The position numbers and the translations under genes were made by a program. A stretch of 64,000 nucleotides of DNA from Phototrophicaceae bacterium (lineage in GTDB: Bacteria; Chloroflexota; Anaerolineae; Aggregatilineales; Phototrophicaceae). The DNA is taken from NCBI GenBank assembly GCA_965223515.1, contig CBDCWK010000001.1, forward strand, positions 788,835 to 852,834, in the 5' to 3' direction. Every line of letters begins with the position of its first letter. Position 1 is the stretch's first letter. Below the pieces are notes generated by a model. That model saw only the letters and a program-made list of their open reading frames with translations, was not told where the DNA came from and ran no database searches. Positions 38,867 to 48,499 of this stretch are shown here, piece by piece.

Positions 38867-39373
38867 ATGTCTCAAGCTGCTCTGACGTTCAGCCTGTTTT
38901 GCCATATCGGCGCGACCGTCATCTGGATCGGCGGCATCTTGCTGGTGACATTTCTGGTCATCCCGGAATTAAATCGCGCCCTCGCGGATCAGCCCGTTCT
39001 GTATCCATTGCTGCGGCGCATTCGCAAGCGCTTTACAACCCTGGGCAATCTGGCGCTGGCAGTACTAATCGTCACCGGCCTGCTGCAGATGTCAACCGAT
39101 CCGAATTACGAGGGCTTGCTGCGCTTCAGCAATCGCTGGAGTCAGATGCTGCTGGTCAAGCACCTCTTGATCATCTTGATGGCGGCGGCCGGCTTGGTCT
39201 TGCAATTTGGCGTGGCGCCGACTCTGGAGCGGACCAGCCTGCTGCTGGAACGGGGCAAAGGGGATATGGACGAGTGGCGCGCTCTGCGGAAACGCGAATA
39301 CCGATTGACGCTGCTTATCGCTGCGCTCGCCCTGCTAATCCTGGCGGCGAGCGCCTGGCTGACCGCAATATAG
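38867..39373 (+). CDS. CopD-like four-helix membrane protein
   Basis: Four hydrophobic helices with a conserved-looking His in helix 1 (FCHIGATVIWIGG) and in VKHLLIILMA, reminiscent of the CopD/DUF2269 family. This call is weak. Confidence 0.45.
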   Translation: MSQAALTFSLFCHIGATVIWIGGILLVTFLVIPELNRALADQPVLYPLLRRIRKRFTTLGNLALAVLIVTGLLQMSTDPNYEGLLRFSNRWSQMLLVKHLLIILMAAAGLVLQFGVAPTLERTSLLLERGKGDMDEWRALRKREYRLTLLIAALALLILAASAWLTAI

Positions 39374-39394
39374 ACTTTAGCCATATGTGTCAAC

Positions 39395-39419
39395 GTAGGG
39401 GCGATCTACCAAATCGCCC
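39395..39419. repeat. REP-like element, family A
   Basis: gtaggggcgatctaccaaatcgccc. Confidence 0.65.
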
Positions 39420-39769
39420 GTTGCGTCTACAGTCTACCTTGTGCGCGACCGCTTAGTCGCCTCCTTTACGCGCATCCCGCTTATACTGTATCCACCGCGC
39501 CTTAACAATTTAATCACGCGGCTGCCCAAAACGCCTTCGCTTCCTTTCCGGAAAACAGGTTATGTTGGACAAAAAGTATTTCCCTTTACGGTAAACTTCC
39601 GGCAAAATCACAATTCCGCCCAATTCCGCTCCGAATTCACCCAGTCTATGCCCATATCCTACCGCTGTCCGTCCGACAATCACCCATGCGGAATGCACAG
39701 TCTCGGATGCTATCGCCAGTGTAATCTGTTATAAAGGAAGTATAGCGATCTACATACATCGGAACATTC

Positions 39770-42700
39770 ATGATCGAAACTAAGCCACCACCGACAATCA
39801 CAGAGCAGCGCGAACTCAAAGATTTTACGCTGGAAGACCGCTACACAGTCGAAGATGGCCGCGTCATCATGAGCGGCATTCAAGCGCTGGCGCGGCTGCC
39901 GCTGGATCAGCACCGGGCGGACAAGCGCCGCGGACTGCATACCGCCGGCTTGATCACTGGTTACCGCGGTTCGCCCATTGGCGCGCTGGACTTCGCGCTG
40001 GAGCGCATTCCGGGATTGCTGCAAGAGCATCACATTCGCTTCATCCCGGCGGTGAACGAAGACCTCGCCGCCACCGCCATCATGGGCAGCCAAACGGTCA
40101 ATCTGCTGCCCGAGCCCAAATACGACGGCGTCTGCGGGATTTGGTACGGCAAGGGACCCGGCGTCGATCGCAGCGGCGATGCCTTCAAGCACGCCAATCT
40201 GGCTGGCGTCGGGCAATACGGCGGCGTGCTGGCGCTGGCTGGCGATGACCCCTCTTGCAAGTCCTCGACCATCCCCTCGCATTCGGAGGTCGCGCTATAC
40301 GATGCTTTGATGCCGATCCTCTATCCGGGCAGCGCACAAGAAATCCTCGACATGGGTTTGCTCGGCTTTGCCCTGTCGCGATTCAGCGGCTTGTGGGTTG
40401 GCGTTAAGATCGTCACCGATGTCGCCGATGAGTACAGCAGCGTTGAAGTCGGTCACGGGCGGGTCAATGTTATCGAGCCGGATTTCACAGTTCATGGGCA
40501 GCCCTGGCGCCCGACACAGAACACCGCCCTGCTCTCGCCATATAGCGTGCAGCAAGAGAAGGAGATCCACGACGAGCGGCTGGACGCGGCGCTGGCATTC
40601 GCGCGGGCGAATCGCATCAATGAGATTGCCGTCCCGACCGCCACTGCCTGGCTGGGCATCATCGCTGCGGGCAAGACCTGGTATGACTTGCGCGGCGCGC
40701 TGCACGATATCGGATTGGATGACGATGGCTTGGAACGGGCGGGCATCCGCTTGCTCAAGCTGGGCATGATCTTTCCGCTCGAGCGGGATATCCTGCTCGA
40801 ATTCGCCACTGGTCTGGACGAGATCCTCGTCATCGAAGAGAAGCGCTCTTTCATCGAGACCTTCTGCAAGGAAGCGCTTTACGGCAGCGGGCACACTCCC
40901 ATCATAGTGGGCAAGAAGGACGAGGCCGGCAAGAAGTTGGTCAAGGCCGATAACGAATTGGATGCCGATGAGGTCCTTCGAATACTGGCGCGGCGGCTGA
41001 ATGGGCGGGTCGATGTGCCGCTGCTGGAAGGGCGACTGCGGGAGATCAACCGCTTGCCCGACCTCGGCGCCATCCCGATCGTGGCGCGGCAGCCTTACTT
41101 CTGCTCCGGCTGCCCGCATAACCGCTCGACCAAAGTGCCGGAAGGCTCAATGGCGGCGGCCGGCATTGGCTGTCACACGCTGGCGATCATGATGGATCGC
41201 AATACAGCCGGCGTCACGCAGATGGGCGGCGAGGGCGCAAATTGGGTCGGCGCCGAAGCCTTCACCGATATCGATCATATCTTCCAGAATATCGGCGATG
41301 GCACCTTCGCCCACAGCGGTTCTCTGTCGATACGTCAAGCGACAGCCGCCGGGGCAAACATGACCTTCAAGATTCTCTATAATTCGGCGGTGGCGATGAC
41401 CGGCGGGCAAGAAGCCGACGGCCTCATGCCGGTGCCGGAAATGACGCACCTGCTTTACGCCGAGGGCGTCAAGAAAACCATCGTCGTCTCGGCCGATCCG
41501 GGGAAGTTTCCGCCGGACACGCGCTGGGCAGTGGGGGCCGAGGTCTGGGAGCGCGACCGCATGGAAGAAGCGCAGCTGATTCTGCGTGAAACGCCCGGTG
41601 TGACCGCGCTGATTTATGATCAAGAATGTGCAGCCAACCTGCGGCGCAAACGGCGGCGCGGCTTCGCGGCCGACCCGGCCCTGCGGATCGTCATCAATGA
41701 GGCGGTCTGCGAGGGCTGTGGTGATTGTGGCGCCGTCTCGAATTGCCTCAGCGTGCAGCCGGTAGAAACCGAGTACGGACGCAAGACACAGATTCATCAG
41801 TCCTCATGCAATAAAGACTACACCTGCCTCGAAGGCAACTGTCCCGCCTTTATGAGCGTGATTCCGGCCGAGATGACGCAGCGATCCGCGCCGAGCTACC
41901 GTGTTGAGCAAGTGATCGCTGAGCCGCATCGGCAAGTGAACGGCGCGGCGAACATCCTGCTCATGGGCATCGGCGGGACGGGCGTAGTCACTTCGAATCA
42001 GGTGCTGGGCACGGCGGCGGCGCTGGATGGTTACCATGTCCGTTCGCTGGATCAAACCGGGCTGAGCCAAAAAGGCGGTCCTGTAGTCTCCAACTTGAAG
42101 ATCACTGCCGAGCCGGTCGATATCGCGCCGAAGATCGGGGCGAGCGCGACCGATGCCTTCCTGGTCTTTGATGTGCTGACGGCGACCGCGAGTTTGAACC
42201 TGATCCGCGCCAATCCGCAGCGCAGCGTCGCCATCGTCAGTACCAGCAAGGTAGCGACTGGCGCCATGGTGCGCGATACCACAGTCGAATACCCGGAAGC
42301 CGATCACTTGCTGGAAATTATCAATCGGCAGACGCGCGCGGGCGACAACGTCTTCTTTGATGCGCTGGGCTTGGCGGAGACCCTATTCGGCGATCATATG
42401 ATGGCGAACATGATCGTCATCGGCGCCGCCTATCAAGCCGGTTTGCTGCCAATGTCCGCCAGCAGTATCGAGCGCGCCATCGAGCTTAACGGCGTCAAGA
42501 TCGAGGATAATCAGCACGCCTTTCGCGCCGGCCGATTGGCAGTCGCCGATTCGGGCTGGCTCGCAAGCGTCGAAGTCAAAGCAGCCGGCTCGCTCGAAGT
42601 CGAAGTGGAGCGGTCGGCAGCAGCACAGACCTTGATCGACTCGTTGCCAGCGGGGGGCGAATTGAAGCGTCTGCTGGAAATCCGCGTGCCCGAACTGATC

Positions 42701-43306
42701 GCCTATCAGAACGAGGCTTACGCGCGGCGCTATATCGAGGATGTCAAGCGAGTTTACGCGGCGGAACAGGCAACTTGCCCCGGCGCGACCGACTTGAGCG
42801 AAGCCTTCGCCCGTTACCTCTTCAAGCTAATGGCATACAAAGACGAATACGAGGTGGCGCGCTTAAGCCTGAAGCCTGACCTGCGAGCGGCGATGAAAGC
42901 ACAGTTTGGCGAGCGCGCGCGCATGAGCTATCACTTGCAGCCGCCGTTCCTGAAAGCATTGGGCCTGAATCGCAAGATACAGCTGGGACGCTGGTTTGAT
43001 ATCGTCTATCGCGGCCTGCGCCCGCTGCGCTTTCTGCGCGGAACGCCCTTTGATCCTTTCGGCTACGATCGCGTCCGGCGCGTCGAGCGGGACTTGATCG
43101 CGCAATATCGTCGACTGATATTCGCCGCGCTGGAGGACTTAAGCGGCGAGAATTATGAGCAGGCAGTTGCGTTGGCGGCGCTTCCCGATATGATCCGTGG
43201 TTACGATGAGGTAAAGCTGGGCAATGTCGAGCGCTTCTGGAATGCGGTGCGCGCGCTGGGGTATGAGGACTTGCGCCAAAAGACCGGGTTGGCAAAACAG
43301 CGCTAG
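39770..43306 (+). CDS. Indolepyruvate:ferredoxin oxidoreductase family protein (fused alpha/beta, 1178 aa)
   Basis: N-terminal IMSGIQALARLPLDQ, TPP-binding GDGTFAHSG, ferredoxin-type cysteine clusters CEGCGDCGAVSNC / CNKDYTCLEGNCP. The length is typical of the fused Ior family. Confidence 0.9.
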   Translation: MIETKPPPTITEQRELKDFTLEDRYTVEDGRVIMSGIQALARLPLDQHRADKRRGLHTAGLITGYRGSPIGALDFALERIPGLLQEHHIRFIPAVNEDLAATAIMGSQTVNLLPEPKYDGVCGIWYGKGPGVDRSGDAFKHANLAGVGQYGGVLALAGDDPSCKSSTIPSHSEVALYDALMPILYPGSAQEILDMGLLGFALSRFSGLWVGVKIVTDVADEYSSVEVGHGRVNVIEPDFTVHGQPWRPTQNTALLSPYSVQQEKEIHDERLDAALAFARANRINEIAVPTATAWLGIIAAGKTWYDLRGALHDIGLDDDGLERAGIRLLKLGMIFPLERDILLEFATGLDEILVIEEKRSFIETFCKEALYGSGHTPIIVGKKDEAGKKLVKADNELDADEVLRILARRLNGRVDVPLLEGRLREINRLPDLGAIPIVARQPYFCSGCPHNRSTKVPEGSMAAAGIGCHTLAIMMDRNTAGVTQMGGEGANWVGAEAFTDIDHIFQNIGDGTFAHSGSLSIRQATAAGANMTFKILYNSAVAMTGGQEADGLMPVPEMTHLLYAEGVKKTIVVSADPGKFPPDTRWAVGAEVWERDRMEEAQLILRETPGVTALIYDQECAANLRRKRRRGFAADPALRIVINEAVCEGCGDCGAVSNCLSVQPVETEYGRKTQIHQSSCNKDYTCLEGNCPAFMSVIPAEMTQRSAPSYRVEQVIAEPHRQVNGAANILLMGIGGTGVVTSNQVLGTAAALDGYHVRSLDQTGLSQKGGPVVSNLKITAEPVDIAPKIGASATDAFLVFDVLTATASLNLIRANPQRSVAIVSTSKVATGAMVRDTTVEYPEADHLLEIINRQTRAGDNVFFDALGLAETLFGDHMMANMIVIGAAYQAGLLPMSASSIERAIELNGVKIEDNQHAFRAGRLAVADSGWLASVEVKAAGSLEVEVERSAAAQTLIDSLPAGGELKRLLEIRVPELIAYQNEAYARRYIEDVKRVYAAEQATCPGATDLSEAFARYLFKLMAYKDEYEVARLSLKPDLRAAMKAQFGERARMSYHLQPPFLKALGLNRKIQLGRWFDIVYRGLRPLRFLRGTPFDPFGYDRVRRVERDLIAQYRRLIFAALEDLSGENYEQAVALAALPDMIRGYDEVKLGNVERFWNAVRALGYEDLRQKTGLAKQR

Positions 43307-44904
43307 AGAGGGCTGCGTCGTCCAGCGATGAGCGCCTGACAGGCTTCTGTATGAAAGTGGTCGCGCGCCCACTTCGTCCGCTCTCGGGCATATTCCCGCG
43401 CCATTTTTGCTATGCTCTCGTCTTTCATCCAATTCACCGACTTCTTCTTGTTCGCGCGCAATAAGCCGCGCAGGGTCAGGTTGTCGCGCTTGCGGCGGTT
43501 GCAGGGACCGCAGAGCAGGATGCGATTGGTGATGTGATTCTTGCCGCCGTCAGCCTTGGGCTGGATGTGATCGAGCTGCATGAACTCGACTTCGAGGACG
43601 CGCCCGCAGCCAGCGCAAATGACGCCACCCGATGTGCCTTGCGCCTGTGCCAGGATATTCATCATGCCTTTATGCGATATTTTCTGCCAAGCCTGCACGG
43701 GACGCTGGATCTTAAGCCGGAAGCTGGGCGCTGCCATGTCGTTGTCGTCGCTGCGGACGGGCGGCGCCGTTTCGACATGGACGATATGCGGGAACATCAG
43801 GTTTTCGCCTTCTTCGGGCGTGACCAGCCACTCTTCCCGCAGGCGTTTCAGAACAATATCCTTGGCCCCGTCCCAAATGTCCATGCCGACCCATTGACGC
43901 TTGAGCTGCTCGGCGGCGACCGGTGTGGTGGCGCAGCCGCAGAAGGGGTCGAGCACGATGTCGCCTTCGTTGCTGCTGGCTTCGATAATGCGCCTATAGA
44001 GGGCGATCGGCTTTTGCGTGGGATACTTCTGTCGTTCACTTTTCGGTGCGTGCATCATATCCGGAATATCATCCCAGACAGAGCCATATCTGTACTGTTC
44101 TACGACCTTGCCATTTTCTTCTGGCAAATCATAACGAATCCTAATTGTCCCGGTCCTTGTCCTATAAATTCTTTCTTCACTTTCTAGTCGTTTAATTGAC
44201 TCATCTGTATAATCTCCGCGTGGCGCGGTTTTGAACCAACCACGCTCATCTTTTCTGAAACCTTTTTTTCTCGCATTCTCGACAGATAGCACATGGTTTC
44301 CCAATGGAGGATTAAATGTCCATTTGTTAGATCGTGAATAGAATAAAATCGTATCGTGATTTCTTGCATATTGTTTAGCAATACCTTTTGCACCTCTTGC
44401 TGCCTTGCCGTATGCCCACACAATCGCGTTGCGGAAACTCTTACGTCCGAATATAGCATCCATCAGACACTTCACATAAGCGTGCGCCGTATGGTCAATG
44501 TGCAGATACAAGCTACCGTCCTGCCGCAATACCCGCCGCATCTCCATCAGCCGCACACCAAGCCAGCACAGGAACGCGCCCATATCATCGCCATAAGCCA
44601 CCCGCGCCGCCGTGATGACTTCCCAAACGGCGGGCCAGTCGTCGATGATGCTGTCAGTCCATTCTTCATGCACATCCCGCTCCCAGGACCAGCGGTCTTG
44701 AAAGCGAGCGCCAGAAGCCAAGCTATCGGGGGTGGCGTGGAAATCGCGGTTCTTATTGAAAGGCGGATCGGTGGCGATGAGATGCACCGTCTCGCTGTTC
44801 ATGCCGCGCAGGAAATCGAGATTGTCACCGTGATAAAGCGTGCGGTTCTTGAAGTTGGGCTGCCCGCCGCCGTGATGAGAGGCGCTCACAGCAACCCCAC
44901 GCAA
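43303..44904 (-). CDS. DNA methyltransferase (N4/N6 beta-class, PF01555-like) fused to a C-terminal HNH endonuclease
   Basis: Motif IV IATDPPFN precedes motif I VLDPFCGCATT (beta-class order). The C-terminus is CAGCG...LDHIQPKADGGKNHITNRILLCGPCNRRK (HNH). TTG start at 44904; an alternative GTG is at 44889. Its stop overlaps the ior stop in the palindrome CTAG. Confidence 0.85.
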   Translation of the reverse strand: MRGVAVSASHHGGGQPNFKNRTLYHGDNLDFLRGMNSETVHLIATDPPFNKNRDFHATPDSLASGARFQDRWSWERDVHEEWTDSIIDDWPAVWEVITAARVAYGDDMGAFLCWLGVRLMEMRRVLRQDGSLYLHIDHTAHAYVKCLMDAIFGRKSFRNAIVWAYGKAARGAKGIAKQYARNHDTILFYSRSNKWTFNPPLGNHVLSVENARKKGFRKDERGWFKTAPRGDYTDESIKRLESEERIYRTRTGTIRIRYDLPEENGKVVEQYRYGSVWDDIPDMMHAPKSERQKYPTQKPIALYRRIIEASSNEGDIVLDPFCGCATTPVAAEQLKRQWVGMDIWDGAKDIVLKRLREEWLVTPEEGENLMFPHIVHVETAPPVRSDDNDMAAPSFRLKIQRPVQAWQKISHKGMMNILAQAQGTSGGVICAGCGRVLEVEFMQLDHIQPKADGGKNHITNRILLCGPCNRRKRDNLTLRGLLRANKKKSVNWMKDESIAKMAREYARERTKWARDHFHTEACQALIAGRRSPL

Positions 44905-44934
44905 GGCAGCAAGAAAAAACTAGAACATATATTC

Positions 44935-44951
44935 GGGGGGGGGGGGGGGGG
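44935..44951. repeat. Homopolymer G17 (C17 on the methyltransferase coding strand)
   Basis: 17 consecutive G, 31 nt upstream of the MTase-HNH TTG start and 108 nt upstream of the divergent dehydrogenase gene. Confidence 0.9.
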
Positions 44952-45059
44952 TAAACATCATCCTTTAAGTTAAGCGCAAATCAAGCGAATTGGCAAGTCA
45001 CTGTTCCTGCGCTACCATAGTCGCATCCATTCCATTCACGGCAAACGAGGACGAGCGCT

Positions 45060-45950
45060 ATGAGCGAGAAAATTGGGTTCATCGGCTTGGGCATCATGGG
45101 GCGCGGCATGGTCGACAACCTGATGCAAGCCGGCTTTGACCTGACCGTCTGGAATCGCACAGCCAGCCGCATGACGCCCTTCGTCGAGCGCGGCGCATCG
45201 GCGGCTGACTCGCCCAAAGCGGTGGCGGAAGCCTGCGACATCATCATCATCTGCGTCAGTGACACCCCCGATGTCGAGGCGGTTGTCCTGGGCGAGAACG
45301 GCGTGATTCATGGCGCCTCCGCTGGTGATCTGGTCATCGATATGAGCACCATCAATCCGGTCAACACGGTCGAGATCGCCAAGCTGCTCAAGGCGAAGGG
45401 CGTGGCGATGCTGGATGCGCCCATCAGCGGCGGCAGCGAGGGCGCGGCCAACGGCACGCTCAGCATCATGATCGGCGGCAGCGAAGCAGATGTGGCGCGC
45501 GCGACCCCCTGCTTCGAGGCGATGGGCAGCACCATCACGCACGTCGGCGAAGGTGGAGCGGGCCAGACTGTAAAACTCTCGAATCAGATTCTCTGCGTGG
45601 TGAATATGCTGGCAGCCAGCGAGGCGCTGCTATTCGCCCAGGCTGGCGGCGTCGACCTGGACAAAATGCTGCAAGCGGTGACCGGCGGCGCGGCCGGCAG
45701 CTGGATGCTGGCCAACCGCGGACCGCAGGTGATTCGTGATTATTGGGAGCCCGGCTTCTCGATTGATTTGCAGCAGAAGGACCTGCGGCTGGTGCTGGGC
45801 GCGGCCGATAAGATGGGCGTCCCGGTGATCGCCACGGCGCTCTGCTTCAATCTATATCGCACGCTGCAGGCGCAAGGTCTGGGCGGCGAAGGCAATCACG
45901 GCATCGTCAAGGCGCTGGAAGCCATGGCGGGGTTTGAGGCGCGGTTGTAA
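45060..45950 (+). CDS. NAD(P)-dependent 3-hydroxyisobutyrate / 2-hydroxy-3-oxopropionate reductase family dehydrogenase
   Basis: IGFIGLGIMGRGM Rossmann motif, DAPISGG, KLSNQ motifs. Confidence 0.9.
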   Translation: MSEKIGFIGLGIMGRGMVDNLMQAGFDLTVWNRTASRMTPFVERGASAADSPKAVAEACDIIIICVSDTPDVEAVVLGENGVIHGASAGDLVIDMSTINPVNTVEIAKLLKAKGVAMLDAPISGGSEGAANGTLSIMIGGSEADVARATPCFEAMGSTITHVGEGGAGQTVKLSNQILCVVNMLAASEALLFAQAGGVDLDKMLQAVTGGAAGSWMLANRGPQVIRDYWEPGFSIDLQQKDLRLVLGAADKMGVPVIATALCFNLYRTLQAQGLGGEGNHGIVKALEAMAGFEARL

Positions 45951-46019
45951 CGGGATATGCTGCAAACCAATGGAAAGGGCGATGCTCTTGTCGCCCGCAA
46001 GGATTAGAGGCGTCTCGTT

Positions 46020-46247
46020 ATGCTGGTGAAGCCATACATGCCTGACAGGCTTTGGAGCGCAGATGAGTATCTTGAGTGGGAGAGCGAGCAGCCCTACAAG
46101 AATGAACTTATCGACAACCGCGTCTGGATAATGTGCGGCGCGAGCAGTCGACATAATCTCATCAGTGCCAGCCTGCTCATCCCGGCGCTCGACTGCGAGA
46201 TCCCCCTCAGCGAAGTCTACCGGCGCGTGCGTTTCGAACAGGCTTGA
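46020..46247 (+). pseudogene. Uma2-family (DUF820) putative endonuclease remnant with an internal deletion
   Basis: The N-terminus WSADEYLEWESEQPYKNELIDNRVWIMCGASSRHNLI and the C-terminal tail CEIPLSEVYRRV match Uma2 family ends. Only 75 aa remain of the usual ~190. Confidence 0.6.
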
Positions 46248-46577
46248 GCGATTGCGCCGCTAAAGACAGCTTTGAGCGCTTCAGCAATCAGATGCAAGAC
46301 CACCAGTATCATGCCGCAGGACATGAGCGGCTTGAGAAACTTGGAATTCACTAATAACAGCAGGAAACCACCAATGATGATCTCTAGTATGCCCATATCA
46401 TCGCTCCGAGCCTATTAAACGTTTGCCGTTGATTTAGCTTATCGCTGAATCCGCCCGCTCCAGCCCCCAATGATGAGGGGTTTGTCCGGCCTTGGTCTTA
46501 AGAAATCAATTGTAAATCGTCCGCCTGCGGTGCATAATGCGGGGCTGATGCTTACGAGGGACAGCGAGAGGGCAGTA

Positions 46578-47294
46578 ATGAGCGCAATACGAGTGACGAT
46601 TTGGCATGAATACCGGCACGAAAAACGCGATGAGCACATCGCCGCGGTCTATCCCGAGGGGATACACGGCGCGCTGGCGAAGGGTCTGGCGCCCTACGGC
46701 TTTGACATAAAGACCGCCACGCTGGATGAGCCCGAACACGGGCTGACGCAAGAAGTGCTCGACAATACCGATGTGCTCACCTGGTGGGGCCACATGGCGC
46801 ATCACGAAGTCAGCGACGAAATCGTAGACCGCGTGCAGGAGCGCGTGCTGAATGGCATGGGTTTAATCGTGCTGCATTCGGGTCATTTGTCGAAGATATT
46901 CCGCCGCCTGATGGGCACTGGCTGCATGTTGAAATGGCGCGAAGCCGACGAGAAAGAGCGAATTTGGGTGGTCGACCCATCGCATCCGATCTGCGATGGT
47001 CTGCCCGAAGTCATCGAAATGCCCGAAGCCGAGATGTATGGCGAGCACTTCGATATCCCGCCGCCGGATACCCTGGTCTTCATCAGCTGGTTCGAGGGCG
47101 GCGAGGTTTTCCGCAGCGGCTGCTGCTATCAGCGCGGGCAAGGCAAGATCTTCTATTTCCGCCCGGGGCACGAGACCTATCCGATCTTCCACATGCCCAT
47201 CGTGCACAAGGTGATCGCGAACGGCGTCAACTGGGCGAAGCCGGTCTCCAACCCGCCAATGGTGCGTGGCAACATTCCTGAATTCATGAAGTAA
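46578..47294 (+). CDS. ThuA-domain (trehalose utilisation) protein
   Basis: IRVTIWHE..., VLTWWGH, IVLHSG, WV...HPI motifs typical of ThuA. Start at ORF Met 37 with GAGAGG upstream. Confidence 0.85.
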   Translation: MSAIRVTIWHEYRHEKRDEHIAAVYPEGIHGALAKGLAPYGFDIKTATLDEPEHGLTQEVLDNTDVLTWWGHMAHHEVSDEIVDRVQERVLNGMGLIVLHSGHLSKIFRRLMGTGCMLKWREADEKERIWVVDPSHPICDGLPEVIEMPEAEMYGEHFDIPPPDTLVFISWFEGGEVFRSGCCYQRGQGKIFYFRPGHETYPIFHMPIVHKVIANGVNWAKPVSNPPMVRGNIPEFMK

Positions 47295-47332
47295 TTGGCC
47301 GAGTTTGTTTCTCTCGAAACCAAGGAGAAACT

Positions 47333-48430
47333 GTGGAAACAATAAATGTTGGAATCATCGGAACCGGCAATATCGCCCCGGCTTACATTCGCGGCTGCGC
47401 GCCCTTTGAGGTGATCAATATCGCCGCCTGCGCCGATATCCTGGTCGACCGCGCCCAGGCCTTCGCCAGCGAACACGGCATGGACGCGCACAGCGTGGAC
47501 GACCTGCTGGCGCGCGACGACATCGACATCGTGGTCAACTTGACGATCCCGGTTGCCCATGCCGCGGTTTCGTTGCAAATCATCGAGGCGGGCAAACATA
47601 CCTACAGCGAGAAACCGCTGGCGCTCAACCGCGCTGACGGCGAGAAGGTCGTCAAAGCAGCAGCGGCGGCCGGCGTTCGTCTGGGCTGCGCGCCCGATAC
47701 CTTCCTCGGAGGCAGCGGGCAAACCGCGCGCAAAGCCATCGACGACGGCGCCATCGGAGCGCCGATCGCCGCGACCGCTTTCTTCCTCAGCCACGGTCCG
47801 GAAAGCTGGCATCCCAACGCCGGTTTCTACTATCTCAAGGGCGGCGGACCGCTCTTCGATATGGGACCCTATTATCTGACCGCGCTGGTGAATCTAATGG
47901 GACCGGTGGCGCGGGTGGCGGGCTCGGCGCGCATGACCTTCCCCGAGCGAATCGCGACCAGCGAAGCCCTGATGGGGCAAGTCTTGCCGGTCAAGGTCAA
48001 TACGCATAATACCGGTACACTGGAGTTTGAGAGCGGCGCCATCGCCACTGTCATCACCAGCTTCGATATTTGGGCGCACCACTTGCCCCATATCGAAATT
48101 CATGGTGAACACGGCTCGCTCACTGTGCCCGATCCCAATCGCTTTGATGGCGAGGTGAGCACGCTCAAGGGCGGGACGCGCGAGTGGCTCGATGTCCCGC
48201 TGACGCATACCATCAATATCGGGCGTGGCGCCGGCGTGGCTGACATGGCTTACGCGATTCAATCCGGGCGGCCGCATCGTGCCAGCGGCGACCTGGCATT
48301 CCACGTTCTGGATATCATGCAGGCGCTGGAAGAATCGGCGGCGGCCGGCCAGCATATTGACATCACTAGCACACTTGATCAGCCGCTGGCGCTGCCGGCT
48401 GGCTTGGCGGATGGCGTGCTGGACGCATAG
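47333..48430 (+). CDS. Gfo/Idh/MocA family oxidoreductase (tandem copy 1)
   Basis: GIIGTGNIAPAYI, SEKPLA. GTG start after AAGGAG. Confidence 0.9.
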   Translation: METINVGIIGTGNIAPAYIRGCAPFEVINIAACADILVDRAQAFASEHGMDAHSVDDLLARDDIDIVVNLTIPVAHAAVSLQIIEAGKHTYSEKPLALNRADGEKVVKAAAAAGVRLGCAPDTFLGGSGQTARKAIDDGAIGAPIAATAFFLSHGPESWHPNAGFYYLKGGGPLFDMGPYYLTALVNLMGPVARVAGSARMTFPERIATSEALMGQVLPVKVNTHNTGTLEFESGAIATVITSFDIWAHHLPHIEIHGEHGSLTVPDPNRFDGEVSTLKGGTREWLDVPLTHTINIGRGAGVADMAYAIQSGRPHRASGDLAFHVLDIMQALEESAAAGQHIDITSTLDQPLALPAGLADGVLDA

Positions 48431-48499
48431 GGATTCGTTCAGTTGCGCGCCCCTTCTTCAGGACGCGAGCAAGTGAATCGGGCCAATAGAGGAAGACCA

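Noticed and set aside
38616-39456. ORFs 38616..38885 and 38815..39456 spanning the family-B repeat
   Set aside because: They translate the repeat (PSLPVGEGVGGWG-type) and run out of frame across the better-supported membrane-protein gene 38867..39373.
44356-44973. 205-aa plus-strand ORF ending in GGGGGG
   Set aside because: It is antisense to the MTase-HNH gene, and the Gly run is simply the translated G17 homopolymer.
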